DNA of 64,000 nucleotides from Camelus dromedarius (lineage: Eukaryota): the NCBI RefSeq assembly GCF_036321535.1, contig NC_087437.1:49230001-49294000 (forward strand). Reading direction: 5' to 3'. How positions within the stretch are numbered: the first letter of the stretch is position 1; every line of letters begins with the position of its first letter. Both the position numbers and the translations under genes were made by a program. Shown here in pieces: positions 12,345-24,925 of this stretch. The notes under the pieces are model-generated. The model was not told where the DNA came from and did no database searches. It saw only the letters and a list, made by a program, of their open reading frames with translations.

Positions 12345-13700
12345 AAGTCCACTTACTCCTTCAAGGACTACATAATAAGTACCTACTTTGTTGCAGGCTC
12401 TCTGTTAAGTGCTGAGAACACAAGCGTGAACTATAATAGACAAGACTATGTCCTCATATAGCAGTGTCCGGTGAGGTTATAGATTAGTAAGTGGTCATCT
12501 GAAGATGACATATCTTGGCATTAAGGCAATAGAGGGGCTCCAGAAGCAAAGAGAGGAGGTGGCTGAGCCTGAAGCAAGGCACTGAGAGATAGTGTCAGAA
12601 AAGACTTTGGGGAGGAAATGATGTCTAAATGGAGACAGGAAGCATGATGAAGAAATTTCAGGGAAAAAAGAATCGAATGTGGAAAGGCCTGGGGAAAAGG
12701 CAAAGAGAGGAACATGCAAGGAAGATTCAGTGTGACTGAAATATCAGGACCAGTGCTGAGTCAGAGAGATTAGGCTGGGGGAGGTTAGCAGTAGTCAGAT
12801 TATACATAGCCCTGTGAGCTCAATGGAGAGCCAGCGAAAGTTGGAGAAGGACATGATCAAATTTACATTTAAGAACCATTACTCAGGCTGTGATGTGGAA
12901 GATGGAGGTGGACAGAGCAAGAGGCAAAGGGGCTTGGTAAGAGACCATCCATCACACAGTAATGTAGGCAAGAGATGAGTGTGGTCTGGACCAGAGCAAG
13001 AGATGTAGCCAAGAGATGAGGCTGGTCTGCACCGAAGCTCTAGCAGTGGAGATGGAGAGAAGTGGATGGACTAGAGTGAAATTTGGGAGGTAGAGTTTAT
13101 AGGATTCAATAAGAGATGAAGTGAGGCATAACAGGGTCAAGAATTATGCCCAAGTGTCTGACTTGGTAGTACTTCCATTCATTAGGTCAGGGAAAAAAGG
13201 AGATTGAATTTAGGTTTAGGAATAACAGTTCAGCTTTAGTCATGTTAAACTGAGACATCTCTGGGATAAACTAGTAGTAATTTTCAATTGGTGGGTATAG
13301 TTGCAGGTTTGAAGCTCAGATAAGAAAAAAATCAGACTCAGATGGGATTCTTGGACTTAGCATGTGGAGAGTAACTGAAACTGGTAAGATGTGAGGACAC
13401 CTAAGGAGACTGTATAGCGGAAGAGATCAAAAGGCAGGATAAGTCCCTCTGGAAGGCCAACCTTAGTGAGACTGACAGAGGGGAGCAAGGTATGCAGAGG
13501 AGATGGGCAGCCACACAGGTAGGTGGATGTCAAGAACATAGAGTGTCAAGAAAGTAAAAGGACAAAAGCATTTCAAGAACAAAACAGTGGTTCATGGTGT
13601 CAGAAATAACAAGATTGATAGTGACCTTGATGAGGTCAATTTCAGGGGTGTGGTGGGGACAGAAACCAGAATGCAGTGAGCTGATGAGAAAGGAGGATAT
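12345..13700 (-). mobile_element. L2 LINE remnant
   Basis: L2 3' end (AAGTACCTACTTTGTTGCAGGCTCTCTGTTAAGTGCTGAGAACACAAG) and purine-rich L2 body on the + strand (GACATGATCAAATTTACATTTAAGAACCATTACTCAGGCTG). Confidence 0.75.
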
Positions 13701-14649
13701 GAGGAAAATTGCATTCTTTAGCTTCTAATCTAAATTTCCCATCTTAATTTTTGACCAAAATGCAGTGTAGGGAAGGAGAAGATTGTTTCTTACGCACACA
13801 GTGCAACTTATAGTATCTGTATTCTGACCTCATTTAAGAGCTACAGTTTAGAGCAGTATTAGCAACCTGGCTGGGGTAGGGGTGCCAAGCCTTAGTTAGC
13901 CATTCTCTTATAGACTAATTGGAAGTGGAGAGACATGAAGACTGGTAGTTATCTAGGTTCTTGGAAACCCCAGACTAGGAATGGAGAGTAGAAATGCTGA
14001 GCAGGGAAATTCCAAGTACTTACCCCTCTCCTCGCATTCTCTCCTTCCCCCTTTTGTGCTCTCCTTTTATTTTTCCTTTATAAAATTCCCTGTTAAAATG
14101 CAAGGTCTTTGAAGGTCTTAGTCAGCATCTCAGTTAAAAGTTACAAAAGTTACATTTTATTAGCAGGATTGGGAGATGGAGTAGAGATTGAGGAGGACAG
14201 GGGCAAGGGCAGAAGCAAAGAGCTACAAAACCCAACTTCTCCTTAGTCTACGATATTCACTTAGTGTCGGTTGCCTACCAGCCTCACTGCAGTACCAGTC
14301 ATACTCACTGAGAGTCACGGGAGAGCCACTTCGGTCACATCCTCAATTATCCCTGATTGCCATCCTCAGGACAGTTGAGAAAGTAACAATCGGCTGAATG
14401 GACACATTGCAAGTGTCATTTCTAAAAACACTGTGTAATAATGGCAGATCTAGAAAAAACTTTGAAGTGCTTATCTTTTTAAAACCAGAATTCACCCAGA
14501 AGTTTATGTGTTCAATGGACAGATGGATGGGTAGATGGATGGGTGGGTGGGTGGTGAGAAGAAGGAAAGAAAGAAAGGGCCTCAGAAGAGCTCCTGTGGT
14601 TATTATTATTATTGTTAACCTTGTTTTAATATTAGAACATATTCCATGC

Positions 14650-14880
14650 CATGCACTACATTTATGTTGGGAAAAGCACAGGTCTTGGAATAAGATGATT
14701 ATTACCTTCTGACTTGGCATTCTTAGGGAATTCACTTTCCTTTTCTGAGCCTCATTATCTCATCTGTCAAGTGGCATTATACTATGCACATTACAGGGAT
14801 GTTATTAGCGTAAAAAATCTTTTATGTAAAAGATCATGTATGTAAATTATGATGCACTGTACATACATTAGTTACTATTC
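14650..14880 (+). mobile_element. MIR SINE remnant
   Basis: CACTTTCCTTTTCTGAGCCTCATTATCTCATCTGTCAAGTGG core. Confidence 0.6.
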
Positions 14881-15722
14881 TGCATCTGAGCACAACTTAT
14901 CTTCCTGGAGGGAGGATTGCCTGGATATATAACTTATTGTGAACAAGTGTGAGAACTTTAAATACACTAATAGCCTTAGGCCTCAAATCCTGGAGAGCTT
15001 ATTAGTGCTCATTAGTGCCCGTGTCCTAAGTCTTCGCTGGCTCTTTTGAGCGTGTTGTAGGCTACAGTACTCTTTTCATCCTGTTTTCAGTTATTTTCCT
15101 CTTACACTTTCCTCAGATGTGCCCACTTTTTCTCTTGCAAGGTCTTTCTCCATGCTTAGCTCTCCCGTTTTATAAAATAAATAATCTTGCCCACTCTCAC
15201 CCAGTGGCATACTTTCAATCACTGCTAATACGTGGGTGTAGTTTTAATGCTTCTGCTTACTCTCCAAAACGCTGTGACAGACCTACTCCGAGTGCTAATT
15301 AGGACCAACTTGAGCATACATCAGCAGCACTTTAACTGTGCTTTTTGAAATGGTTCCAGTCAGTCCCTTTAAGTGAACTTCAGAAAAGAACTCAAATTAA
15401 TTTGCTTCTCAATGTCCTATGGCTCGAACATTGGATTTCTTTTTCCCCACAGTGACTTCAGGTTAGCAATCAAAGAGCTGCTTTTCTATATTAAGATTTT
15501 TAACTCAACTTCCTGGGAGTAGAAAGGGTCAATCATTTCTTCAAAGTCCATTATTATTTTTTGTCTTTACATTTTTGACTTTCCCAAAATATGTTCCCTT
15601 CTCATTGACGTTGCCTTCTATTCTGGGCAGGTTATCCTTTGAAGGTGATATTTCTTACGAAGATTCTTATTGGAAAGTCTAAGATAGGAACATTTTTGTG
15701 GGAATTAAATTGTTCATACAGT

Positions 15723-15900
15723 TAGGATTGGCTACATGATAAGAGGGTCTCAGTACAAAATGAAAATGCAAGGACCTTTGTTTATTAAAAAGTATTAAGA
15801 ATTTCAATACAGCAACAACAGACCATTAAACCAAATGCAGAGCCCCCCTGAGCCAATGTCCTTGTGTAACTGCAAAGGTTTCACACCCCTGAGGTCCCGT
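15723..15900 (-). mobile_element. MER45A (hAT-Tip100) DNA transposon
   Basis: GGCTACAT...CAGTACAAAATGAAAATGC...TATTAAGAATTTCAA...CATTAAACCAA is the reverse complement of the recalled MER45A consensus. Confidence 0.8.
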
Positions 15901-18288
15901 ATACAACCATTGAATGGTGACATAAATTGATGGTCTTGTTCACTTTACATCTTAATCATGGACTTCACATTTTAAAATAAATGTATGCCTTTGGTAATCT
16001 CTGTAATAGGTTACTGTTAGATATGAAACTCAATCTATTTGGCAACTTTTAGTACCTCACTTACTTTTTTACTTTTATGTGAATTTTCTGACACCCTTTG
16101 TTTTAGTCAATGCCTCCCTTAGCTTTGAGTTGTAAGATGGGACATTTCAGGGAAATTGAATTCTCAAATAGTTATACTTTAATAATGACATTAAACCAGA
16201 AATTGCATTTATTGCAGTTCCATTTGTTAACACAAGTACATTTATAGTATTGAGAGTTTTTGAAGTCCAAAAACACTAGAAAGGCATAAACATGAGAGAG
16301 TATGCAGTCTGGTAAGACCCTGGAAGTATTTCACGCATGTTTGGGGGCAACCTACAGTATCTCAATTGATTGCGAAATATATTTAATGCTAAATTTGATG
16401 GCATCATTACAGGGCCTTGTGTTCTTACATGCATATTTTCAGACCTTCTCCTCCTCCATCTGGGCTAGCCACCACTTAGCCCTGCAGGAAGCTGAGTTTC
16501 TACATTTATCTGCTAGGCTAGGGGAGAGAGAGTGGTGTTGATTTTGCAGTATGTGGCCAATTATCTTGACCTTTATGATGGATCAAGCCGTGGCAGGACA
16601 GGAAGCCGAGTCTCCCTCCCATTTACATCTCCTTCGAGGGAGCGTAGCACATTGCAGTCATGTCAGTTTTTGGTCTTATATTTCACTCCCCGGCAATGCA
16701 CATCTTGAGACACTGTGATTAGCATCCCTAATTCCTAAAAATTGACTTGCCTTGTTATAACTAGAGAGCTGTCGCCTAAAAATACTTCACCTACTGTTCA
16801 AAAGGGTATTATTTTAGTGCCCTGGGGATAGGAAAAGTTTTCAACCCACCAGTGCGGGGATTAGTTTTATTTTAAAGTATTTGAAGTGTTTTAGATAACT
16901 TAGCTAAGAATGATCCAAGTTCAGTGGCCTCCCAAGAGTCTTTAAAAATGTACTCCAATTCCTTATCTGACGACAATGTGTGAAAATGCCTACATTCTGC
17001 ATGGTATATTTGGACATCAAGATCTACCTTCTTTATATGTCAGAGAAATTAAGGCACCTTCTGCATCAACCAAACACAAAGGGTGATTTCATTGGGATAA
17101 ATTGCTCTCTCTATGAATAGGATTTCTGTCTGAATCATCTAGGTTTAATCATATGCCTATTGAATAGCATGTGCACTTCTCCTTGTTTTTAATATCCCTG
17201 TCCACTGAGCAAATAAAGGCATTTCTCTTTTTATTAATTGGGATATTCATAATTGCCTGTATAATTTTAGAGAGAGACGTAATTTTGTGATTCACTTAGA
17301 GCCAGGTTAAAGTTATATCTCTTTGAGACTAAAAGAGCATCATCTCTTCAAATGATCTCTTTTCACCAGCTTCATGAACCACTGACTGACTTAACCAGCC
17401 AGATCAGTTTATATATTTAGACACAGCCTGAGTCAAACAGCTGTTTGATTTTTTTTTCAGACCATTGAATTAACTGTTCCATTCTTTTAACTTAACTAAG
17501 TCGACTTTTCAGTGGTAATTTGGAGATGATCTATTTTATTTCATTTATGAACATGTGCAGTGAAGCCATATATCCAGGACGTATGAAGGAAACATGTATT
17601 TTCATTTTTTCATGGTTCTTCACCTGGACAGGAAAGGGAGACATGCTGTCCTGTCCCCTCAATAGCGACAACACTGATGAGAGCAAGTATCAGAAATCAT
17701 CCTTGTTCATGATTGTGACTCCCCTTCCCAAGTCTCATTTTTCAGAGGGAGAAACTGAGATGCTGAAAAATCAAAACAATACTAATAAGTCAAACAGCTT
17801 AGTCAGATAGCTGTTTTGCTTTTGTGAGTTTCTAGCATATTCTCTGACCTTGTTAATGATTGTTCACGAAGCAGCTGCACAGGTATTCAACCTAATCCAA
17901 CAGCATTATTTTGCCAGTTATTTCTTGAATGCCAGGCTCCTGTCTTCCTGTTGGGACCCACAAATCTTTACCAATTCATATGAAGTAGAACCCTTAAATG
18001 ATACAATTAAAGAAGTCAGGTGTCTAGGGTTTTTCATGTTCAAATCATAGTTTACTAGTCTTTCTCTATAGGCATGTGATTTGTACGTGTTGGTAAGAGA
18101 AGAGTGATAAACTAGACAAAGCCGTGTACTTAAAGAGGCAGTTATTGTGGTTACATTTCTTGGGGATTGATTGAAGAAGAAACCTCTTAGTAAGACCCTG
18201 AACTGTTGACAGAGAATACAGCAGGGAAGTCAAGGTCACTGGTAGCTCACTGCATAAAAGTAAGTAATAATTATAAAAGAGTGTAGAA

Positions 18289-18494
18289 CAGGGGTTTTTT
18301 TGCCTCAGGATTATTGACTTTTGGGATTGGATAATTGCTGATCTGTGCATTAATGGGATGTTTAGCATCATCCCTCATTTCTACCCAATAGATTCCATTC
18401 ATCCACCCTCTCCCAGTTGTGGCAACTAAAAATGTCTCCAGACACTGCCAAATGTCTTCTGGGGAGCAAAATTCCCTTCACATGGGAACCATTG
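18289..18494 (-). mobile_element. MER20 (hAT-Charlie) DNA transposon
   Basis: CAGGGGTTT...AAAAATGTCTCCAGACACTGCCAAATGTC...GGAACCATTG; flanks GTGTAGAA / ATATAGAG fit a decayed 8-bp hAT TSD. Confidence 0.85.
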
Positions 18495-18827
18495 ATATAG
18501 AGCTTTCCAAATTTTTTATAACATTTTTTATTGATTTATCATCATTTTACAATGTTGTGTCAAATTCCAGTGTAGATCACAATTTTTCACTTATACATGA
18601 ACATATATATATATATTCATTGTCACATTTTTTTCTCTGTGAGCTACCATAAGATCTTGTATTTATTTCCCTGTGCTATACAGTATAATCTTGTTTATCT
18701 ATTCTACAGTTTTGAAATCCCGTCTGTCCCTTCCCACCCTCTGCCCCCTTGGCAACCACAACTTTGTATTCTATGTCTATGAGTCTGTTTCTATTTTGTA
18801 TTTATGCTTTGCTTGTTCGTTCATTCT

Positions 18828-21800
18828 TTAGATTCCCCATAAGAGCGATCTCATATGGTATTTTTCTTTCTCTTTCTGGCTTACTTCACTTAGAATGACA
18901 TTCTCCAGGAGTATCCATGTTGCTGCAAATGGCATTATGTTGTCGGGTTTTATGGCTGAGTAGTATTCCATTGTATAAATATACCACCTCTTCTTTATCC
19001 AGTCATCCGTTGATGGACATTTAGGCTGTCTCCATGTCTTGGCTATTGTAAATAATGCTGCTATGAACATTGGGGTGCAGGTGTCATCCTCAAGTAGGGT
19101 TCCTTCTGGATATATGCCCAGGAGCGGGATTCCTGGGTCCTATGGTAAGTCTATTCCTAGTCTTTTGAGGAATCTCCATACTGTTTTCCACAGTGGCCGC
19201 ACCAAACTGCATTCCCACCAGCAGTGTAGGAGGGTTCCCCTTTCTCCACAGCCTCTCCAGCGTTTGTCATTTGTGGACTTTTGAATGATGGCCATTCTGA
19301 CTAGTGTGAGGTGATACCTCATTGCAGTTTTGATTTGCATTTCTCTGATAATTAGTGATATTGAGCATTTTTTCATGTGCCTATTGATCATTTGTATGTC
19401 TTCCTTGGAGAATTGCTTGTTTATGTCTTTTGCCCATTTTTGGATTGGGTTGTTTGGTTGTTTCTTATTAAGTCGTATGAGCTCTTTATATATTCTGGAG
19501 ATCAAGCCTTTTTCAGTTTCATTTGCAAAGATCTTCTCCCATTCCGTAGGTTGTCTTTTTGTTTTACTTATGGTTTCCTTTGCTGTGCAAAAAGCTTGTA
19601 AGTTTCGTTAGGTCCCATTTGTTTATTCTTGCTTTTATTTCTATTGCTTGAGTAGACTGTTCTAGGAGAACATTTTTGAGATGTATGTCAGATAATGTTT
19701 TGCCTATATTTTCTTCTAGGAGGTTTATTGTATCTTGTCTTATGTTTAAGTCTTTGATCCATTTTGAGTTGATTTTTGTATATGGTGTAAGGGAGTGTTC
19801 TAGCTTCATTGCTTTACATGCTGGTGTCCAGTTTTCCCAACACCATTTGCTGAAGAGACTATCTTTCTTCCATTGTATATTCTTGCCTCCTTTGTTGAAG
19901 ATGAGTTGACCAAAAGTTTGTGGGTTCATTTTTGGGCTCTCTATTCTGTTCCATTGGTCGATATGTCTGTTTTTGTACCGATACCATGCTGTCCTGATGA
20001 CTGTAGCTCTATAGTATTATCTGAAGTCTGGGAGAGTTATTCCTCCAGCCTCTTTCTTTCTCTTCAGTAATGCTTTGGCAATTCTAGGTCTTTGATGGTT
20101 CCATCTAGATTTTATTATGATTTGTTCTAGTTCTGTGAAATATGTCCTGGGTAATTTGATAGGGATTGCATTAAATCTGTAGATTGCCTTGGGCAGTGTG
20201 ACCATTTTAACAATATTGATTCTTGCAATCCAAGAGCATGGGATATCTTTCCATTTTTTAAAGTCTTCTTTAATTTCCTTCATCAGTGGTTTATAGTTTT
20301 CTGTGTATAATTCTTTCACCTCCTTGGTTAGATTTATTCCTAGGTATTTTATTACTTTGGATGCTATTTTAAAGGGGATTGTTTCTTTGCTTTCTTTTTC
20401 TGTTGATTCATTGTTAGTGTAAAGAAATGCAACTGATTTTTGAACGTTAATCTTGTAACCTGCTACCTTGCTAAATTCTTCAATCAGCTCTAGTCGTTTT
20501 TGTGTGAACCTTTTAGGGTTTTCTATATATAGTAACATGTCGTTGGCATATAGCGACACTTTTACCTCTTCTTTTCCAATTTGGATCCCTTTTCTCTCTC
20601 TCTCTTGCCTGATTGCTGTGGCTAGGACTTCCAAGACTATGTTGAATAGGAGTGGTGATAGTGGGCATCCTTGTCTTGTCCCAGATTTTAGTGGGAAGCT
20701 TTTGAGTTTTTCACCATTGAGTACTATGCTGGCTGTAGGTTTGTCATATATAGCTTTTATGATGTTGAGATATGTTCCCTCTATACCCACTTTGGTGAGA
20801 GTTTTTATCATCAATGGGTGTAGTATTTTATCAAACTCTTTTTCTGCATCTATTGAGATGATCATGTGGGTTTTGTCCTTTCTCTTGTTGATGTAATATA
20901 TTACATTGATTGATTTGCATATGTTGAACCACCCTTGTGTCCCTGGGATGAACCCCACTTGGTCATGATGTATAATCTTTTTTATGTGTTGTTGGATTCT
21001 ATTTGCTAATGTTTTGGTGAGGATTTTGGCATCTATGTTCATCAGTGATATTGGTCTATAATTCTCTTTTTGGGTAGTGTCTTTGCCTGGTTTTGGTATC
21101 AGGGTGATGGTGGCTTCATAGAAAGAGTTTGGGAGTATTACCTCCTTTTCAATCTTCTGGAATAGTTTGAGAAGGACTGGTATGAGTTTTTCTTTGTATG
21201 TTAGGTAGAATTCCCCGGTGAAGATGTCCGGTCCTGGACTTTTATTTGTAGGGAGGTTTTTTTTGGCTATTTCGATTTCATTTCTAGTGATCGGTTTGTT
21301 CAAGTGATCAGTTTCTTCTTGATTCCATCTTGGTGGACTGTATGTTTCCAGAAACTTGCTCATCTCCTCTAGGTTATCCAGTTTGGTTACATACAGTTTT
21401 TCATAATATTCTTATATGATATTCTGTATTTCTATTTTACTTGTTGTATTTTCTCCTTTTTCTTTCTTATTTTGCTGATTTGTGCTCTCTCTTTTTTCTT
21501 TTTTGTGAGTTTGGCCAGAAGTTTGTTGATTTTATTTACTTTTTTAAAAAAACCAGCTTTTGGTTTGATTGATTTTTTTCTATGGTTTTTTTTTTTAATC
21601 TCTATTTTATTTATTTCCTCCCTAATCTTTATAATTTCCCTCCTTCTGCTGCCTTTTGGGGGTTTTTGTTCTTCTTTTTCAAGTTCTTTTAGTTGGTGGG
21701 TTAAATTATTTATTTGAGATTGCTCTTTTTTGAGGAAGGCCTGTATTGCTATAAACTTCCCTGTTAGCACTGCCTTTGCTGTGTCCCATAAATTTTGTGT

Positions 21801-22839
21801 GGTTGTGCTTTCATTATCGTTTGTCTCAAGTTATTTTTTAATTTCAGCTTTGATTTCCTCATTGAATTGGTTTTTTAATAGCATATTGTTTAATCTCCAT
21901 GCTTTCCTTTTTTCCTCCTTTATTTCTCTGTTGTTGATTTCTAGTTTCATGGCATTGTGGTCAGTAATAATGCTTGAGATAATTTCTATCTTAAAATTGC
22001 TGAGGTTTCTTTTGTGCCCAGGTACATGATCAATCCTAGAAAATGTTCCATGTGCACTTGAAAAGAATGTATATCCTATTTTTGGGGGGTGTAATGCTCT
22101 GAAAATATCCACCAAGTCTAATTTTTCTATTGTATTATTTAGTTTCTCTGTTGCCTTACTTATTTTCTGTCTGGAAGATCTGTCTAGTGATGTTAATGCG
22201 GTGTTAAAATCTCCAGCTATGATTGTATTCCCATCAATATCCCCCTTTATCTCTGTTAGTAATTGTTTTATGTATTTAGGTGCTCCTATATTGGGTGCAT
22301 ATGTATTAATGAGTGTAATGTCCTCATCTTGTATCACTCCTTTAATCATTATAAAATGTCCTTCTTTATCTTTCTTTATGGCCTTTGTTTTAAAATCTAT
22401 TTTGTCTGAAATCAGTACTGCAACACCTGCTTTTTTGGTTTTTCCATTTGTATGGAATATCCTTTTCAGTCCTTTCAATCTCAATCTATATGTGTCCATA
22501 TATATTAACGAGTATAATATCCTCATCTTGTATCATTTCTCTAATCATTATAAAATGTCCTTCTTTATCTATCTTTATGGCCTTTGCTTTAAAGTCTATT
22601 TTGTCTGAAATCAGTACTGCAACACCTGCTTTTTTGGTTTTTCCATTTGCATGGAATATCCTTTTCCATCCTTTCACTCTCAATCTAGACATGTCCTTCT
22701 CCCCAAAGTGGGTCTCTTGTATGCAGCATATTGAAGGTTCTTGTTTTATTATCCAGTCTGCCACTCTATGTCTTTTGACTGGAGCATTTAGTCCATTAAC
22801 ATTTACAGTAATTAATGATAGATGTGTGTTTATTGCCAT
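18828..22839 (-). pseudogene. L1 ORF2 (APE endonuclease / reverse transcriptase / CCHC), disrupted
   Basis: Fragments carry NVNGLN, CIQETH, GDFNT, FSRIDH, TDHN (EN); [27 protein letters not shown] (RT); [14 protein letters not shown]. Split into about 7 reading-frame pieces. Confidence 0.97.
22298..22695. repeat. 199-bp tandem duplication in the L1 endonuclease coding region
   Basis: 22298-22496 versus 22497-22695; the peptide KRIFHxNGKTKKAGVAVLISDKIDFK appears twice in the ORF track. Confidence 0.95.
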
Positions 22840-23211
22840 TTTGAACTTATCTTTGCAGTTTATTTGGTGTTTCCTCTTTGTTCCTTTCTTCTTCCTTCTG
22901 TGGTTTGGTAATTTTCCTTTGTATTATCATGGATTTTATTTAGTTTTTGTGACTCCCTTGTAAGTTTTTGGCTTGTGGTTACCCTTTTCTGTAAGTCTAT
23001 TAGCCCATTACTATATCTCGAACCCATCCTACCGAAAACAAAAAATTTAACAAAGAAAAAAAAACTGTATATTTTCTTGCTTCCCTCTCCCACTCCTAAT
23101 GATTTAGATGTCTTCTTTTACAATTTCGTATTTATTTTATTTGTAATTCATGAGTTAGCACCTTTCCAGTTATGAGTTTCTCATTTCTGTAGCATCCTGC
23201 TGCTTTTCTAT

Positions 23212-24114
23212 TTAGAGTAGACCTTTCAATATTTCTTTCAGCATGGGTTTAGTGTTGCTAAACTCTTGTAGTTTTTGCTTGTCTGTGAAATTCTTTATGT
23301 CTCCTTCTATCCTGAAGGATAGCCTTGCTGGATAAAGTATCCTAGGCTGCATCTTTTCTTCATTCAGGACCTTGAATATATCTTGCCACTCCCTTCTGGC
23401 CTGTAGTGTTTGTGTAGAGAAATCAGCTGAGAGCCTTATGGGGGTTCCCTTGTAACTTACTGTTTGCTTTTCTCTTGCTGCCTTTAGGATCATTTCTTTA
23501 TTCTTGACTCTGGCCATCTTGATTATGATATGTCTTGGTGTGGGTCTGTTTGGGTTCTTCCTGTTTGGGACCCTTTGAACTTCCTGTACTTGGATATCTG
23601 ATTTCTTCTTTAAGTTTGGGAAGTTTTCCGTCATGGTTTCTTCAAAAACCTTTTCAATCCCCTTTGTTCTTTCTTCCCCTTCTGGGATTCCTATTATGCA
23701 AAGATTGGCACGCTTTATATTATCCCATAGGTCCCTTATGTTGCTTTCATTTGTTTTTATTTGTTTATCTTGCAGTTGTTCTGACTGGGTGCTTTCTGTT
23801 GTCCTGTCTTCTAGGTCACTAATTCGTTCTTCTGCATTATCTAGTCTGCTTTGCACAGCCTTTAGAGCCATTCTCATTTCAGCCAATGAGTTTACCAATT
23901 CTACTTGGCTCTTCTTTATAGCTTCAATTTCATTTTTGACATATTTTATATCTCTAAACACTATCTCTTTTAATTCCTTCAATACTTTGATCACTCCTTT
24001 TTTGAAATCTTGATCTAGTAGGCTATCGATGTCTATTTCATTGATCGTTCTTTCAGGGAATTTCTCTTGTTCTTTTAATTTGGAATGGTTTCTCTGCTTC
24101 TTCATCTTGCTCAT
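23212..24114 (-). CDS. L1 ORF1p (coiled coil, RRM, CTD), open 300-aa frame
   Basis: ATG to stop with no interruption; heptad region, LWDNIKRANLCIIGIPE, PRHIIIK, AREKQ, ARREW and YPARLSF motifs of ORF1p. Confidence 0.92.
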   Translation of the reverse strand: MSKMKKQRNHSKLKEQEKFPERTINEIDIDSLLDQDFKKGVIKVLKELKEIVFRDIKYVKNEIEAIKKSQVELVNSLAEMRMALKAVQSRLDNAEERISDLEDRTTESTQSEQLQDKQIKTNESNIRDLWDNIKRANLCIIGIPEGEERTKGIEKVFEETMTENFPNLKKKSDIQVQEVQRVPNRKNPNRPTPRHIIIKMARVKNKEMILKAAREKQTVSYKGTPIRLSADFSTQTLQARREWQDIFKVLNEEKMQPRILYPARLSFRIEGDIKNFTDKQKLQEFSNTKPMLKEILKGLL

Positions 24115-24234
24115 ATCTCTCTGGCACTGTGGCTTACGGAGTATCAGTTATCTATTGTGGTCCTTAAAGGAGTTTATTTATTTATCTATCTAATGCCTAT
24201 GTAGGAATAAACTTCAAAATTAAAAAAGGAGAGG

Positions 24235-24925
24235 GAGAGAAAGATACTTTTAAAAGAAGGGAGAAAAAAAGGTTTGAAAACAGTTTATAATAAGTTATAG
24301 AAGTGCAATTTGAATCAGACTAGCATTTGAGCTGAGATGTCTTTTTTTAAAACCCTTAAAAAAAAGGAAAAAAAGATCAAAAAACGATATTTGAAACCTA
24401 TTTATAATCAATAACAGGAGATCAAAACCAAAAGAAATGAAAATGAAATCAGGTGGATTTTTAAAACATAGTAATAATATAACTACTTTGAGAGACAAAT
24501 TTAAGAAGGAATTAAAAGTAGAAGCATATATAATTGTTTAGAAAGTAGAAAATAAAAAGGTAATAAAAATAGAACAGATAAAAAAGATGATAAAGAGAGA
24601 ATTTTGAAAAAGAGGATAAAAGGTTTGAAAACTGTATAATGAATAATTGAAGAGCAAGTTGAAGCAGAATAGCAATCGGGTTGAGACGTCTCTTAAAAAC
24701 CTTTAAAATAGGAGAAAAGGGAAAAAAATATATCTGAAACCTGTGTATAATCAATAACAGGAGATCAAAACCAAGAGAGAGGAAAATGACATGACGTGAA
24801 TTTTTTTAAATAATATTTTAAAAGAAAGATTTAAAAGGGATTAAAACTGGGAGGATATATAATTGTTTAAAAAGTAAAAATTGAAAAGGTAATAGAAAAT
24901 ACAACAGGTAAAAACAGATTAAAAA
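24235..24925. repeat. Diverged ~350-bp tandem duplication in the T-rich distal L1 5' UTR
   Basis: AGGTTTGAAAAC at ~24270 and ~24621; AATCAATAACAGGAGATCAAAACCA at ~24406 and ~24749; ATATATAATTGTTTA in both units. Confidence 0.85.

Noticed and set aside
19039..24013. Many hydrophobic + strand ORFs that look like membrane proteins
   Set aside because: They are antisense shadows of A-rich L1 ORF1/ORF2 coding sequence.
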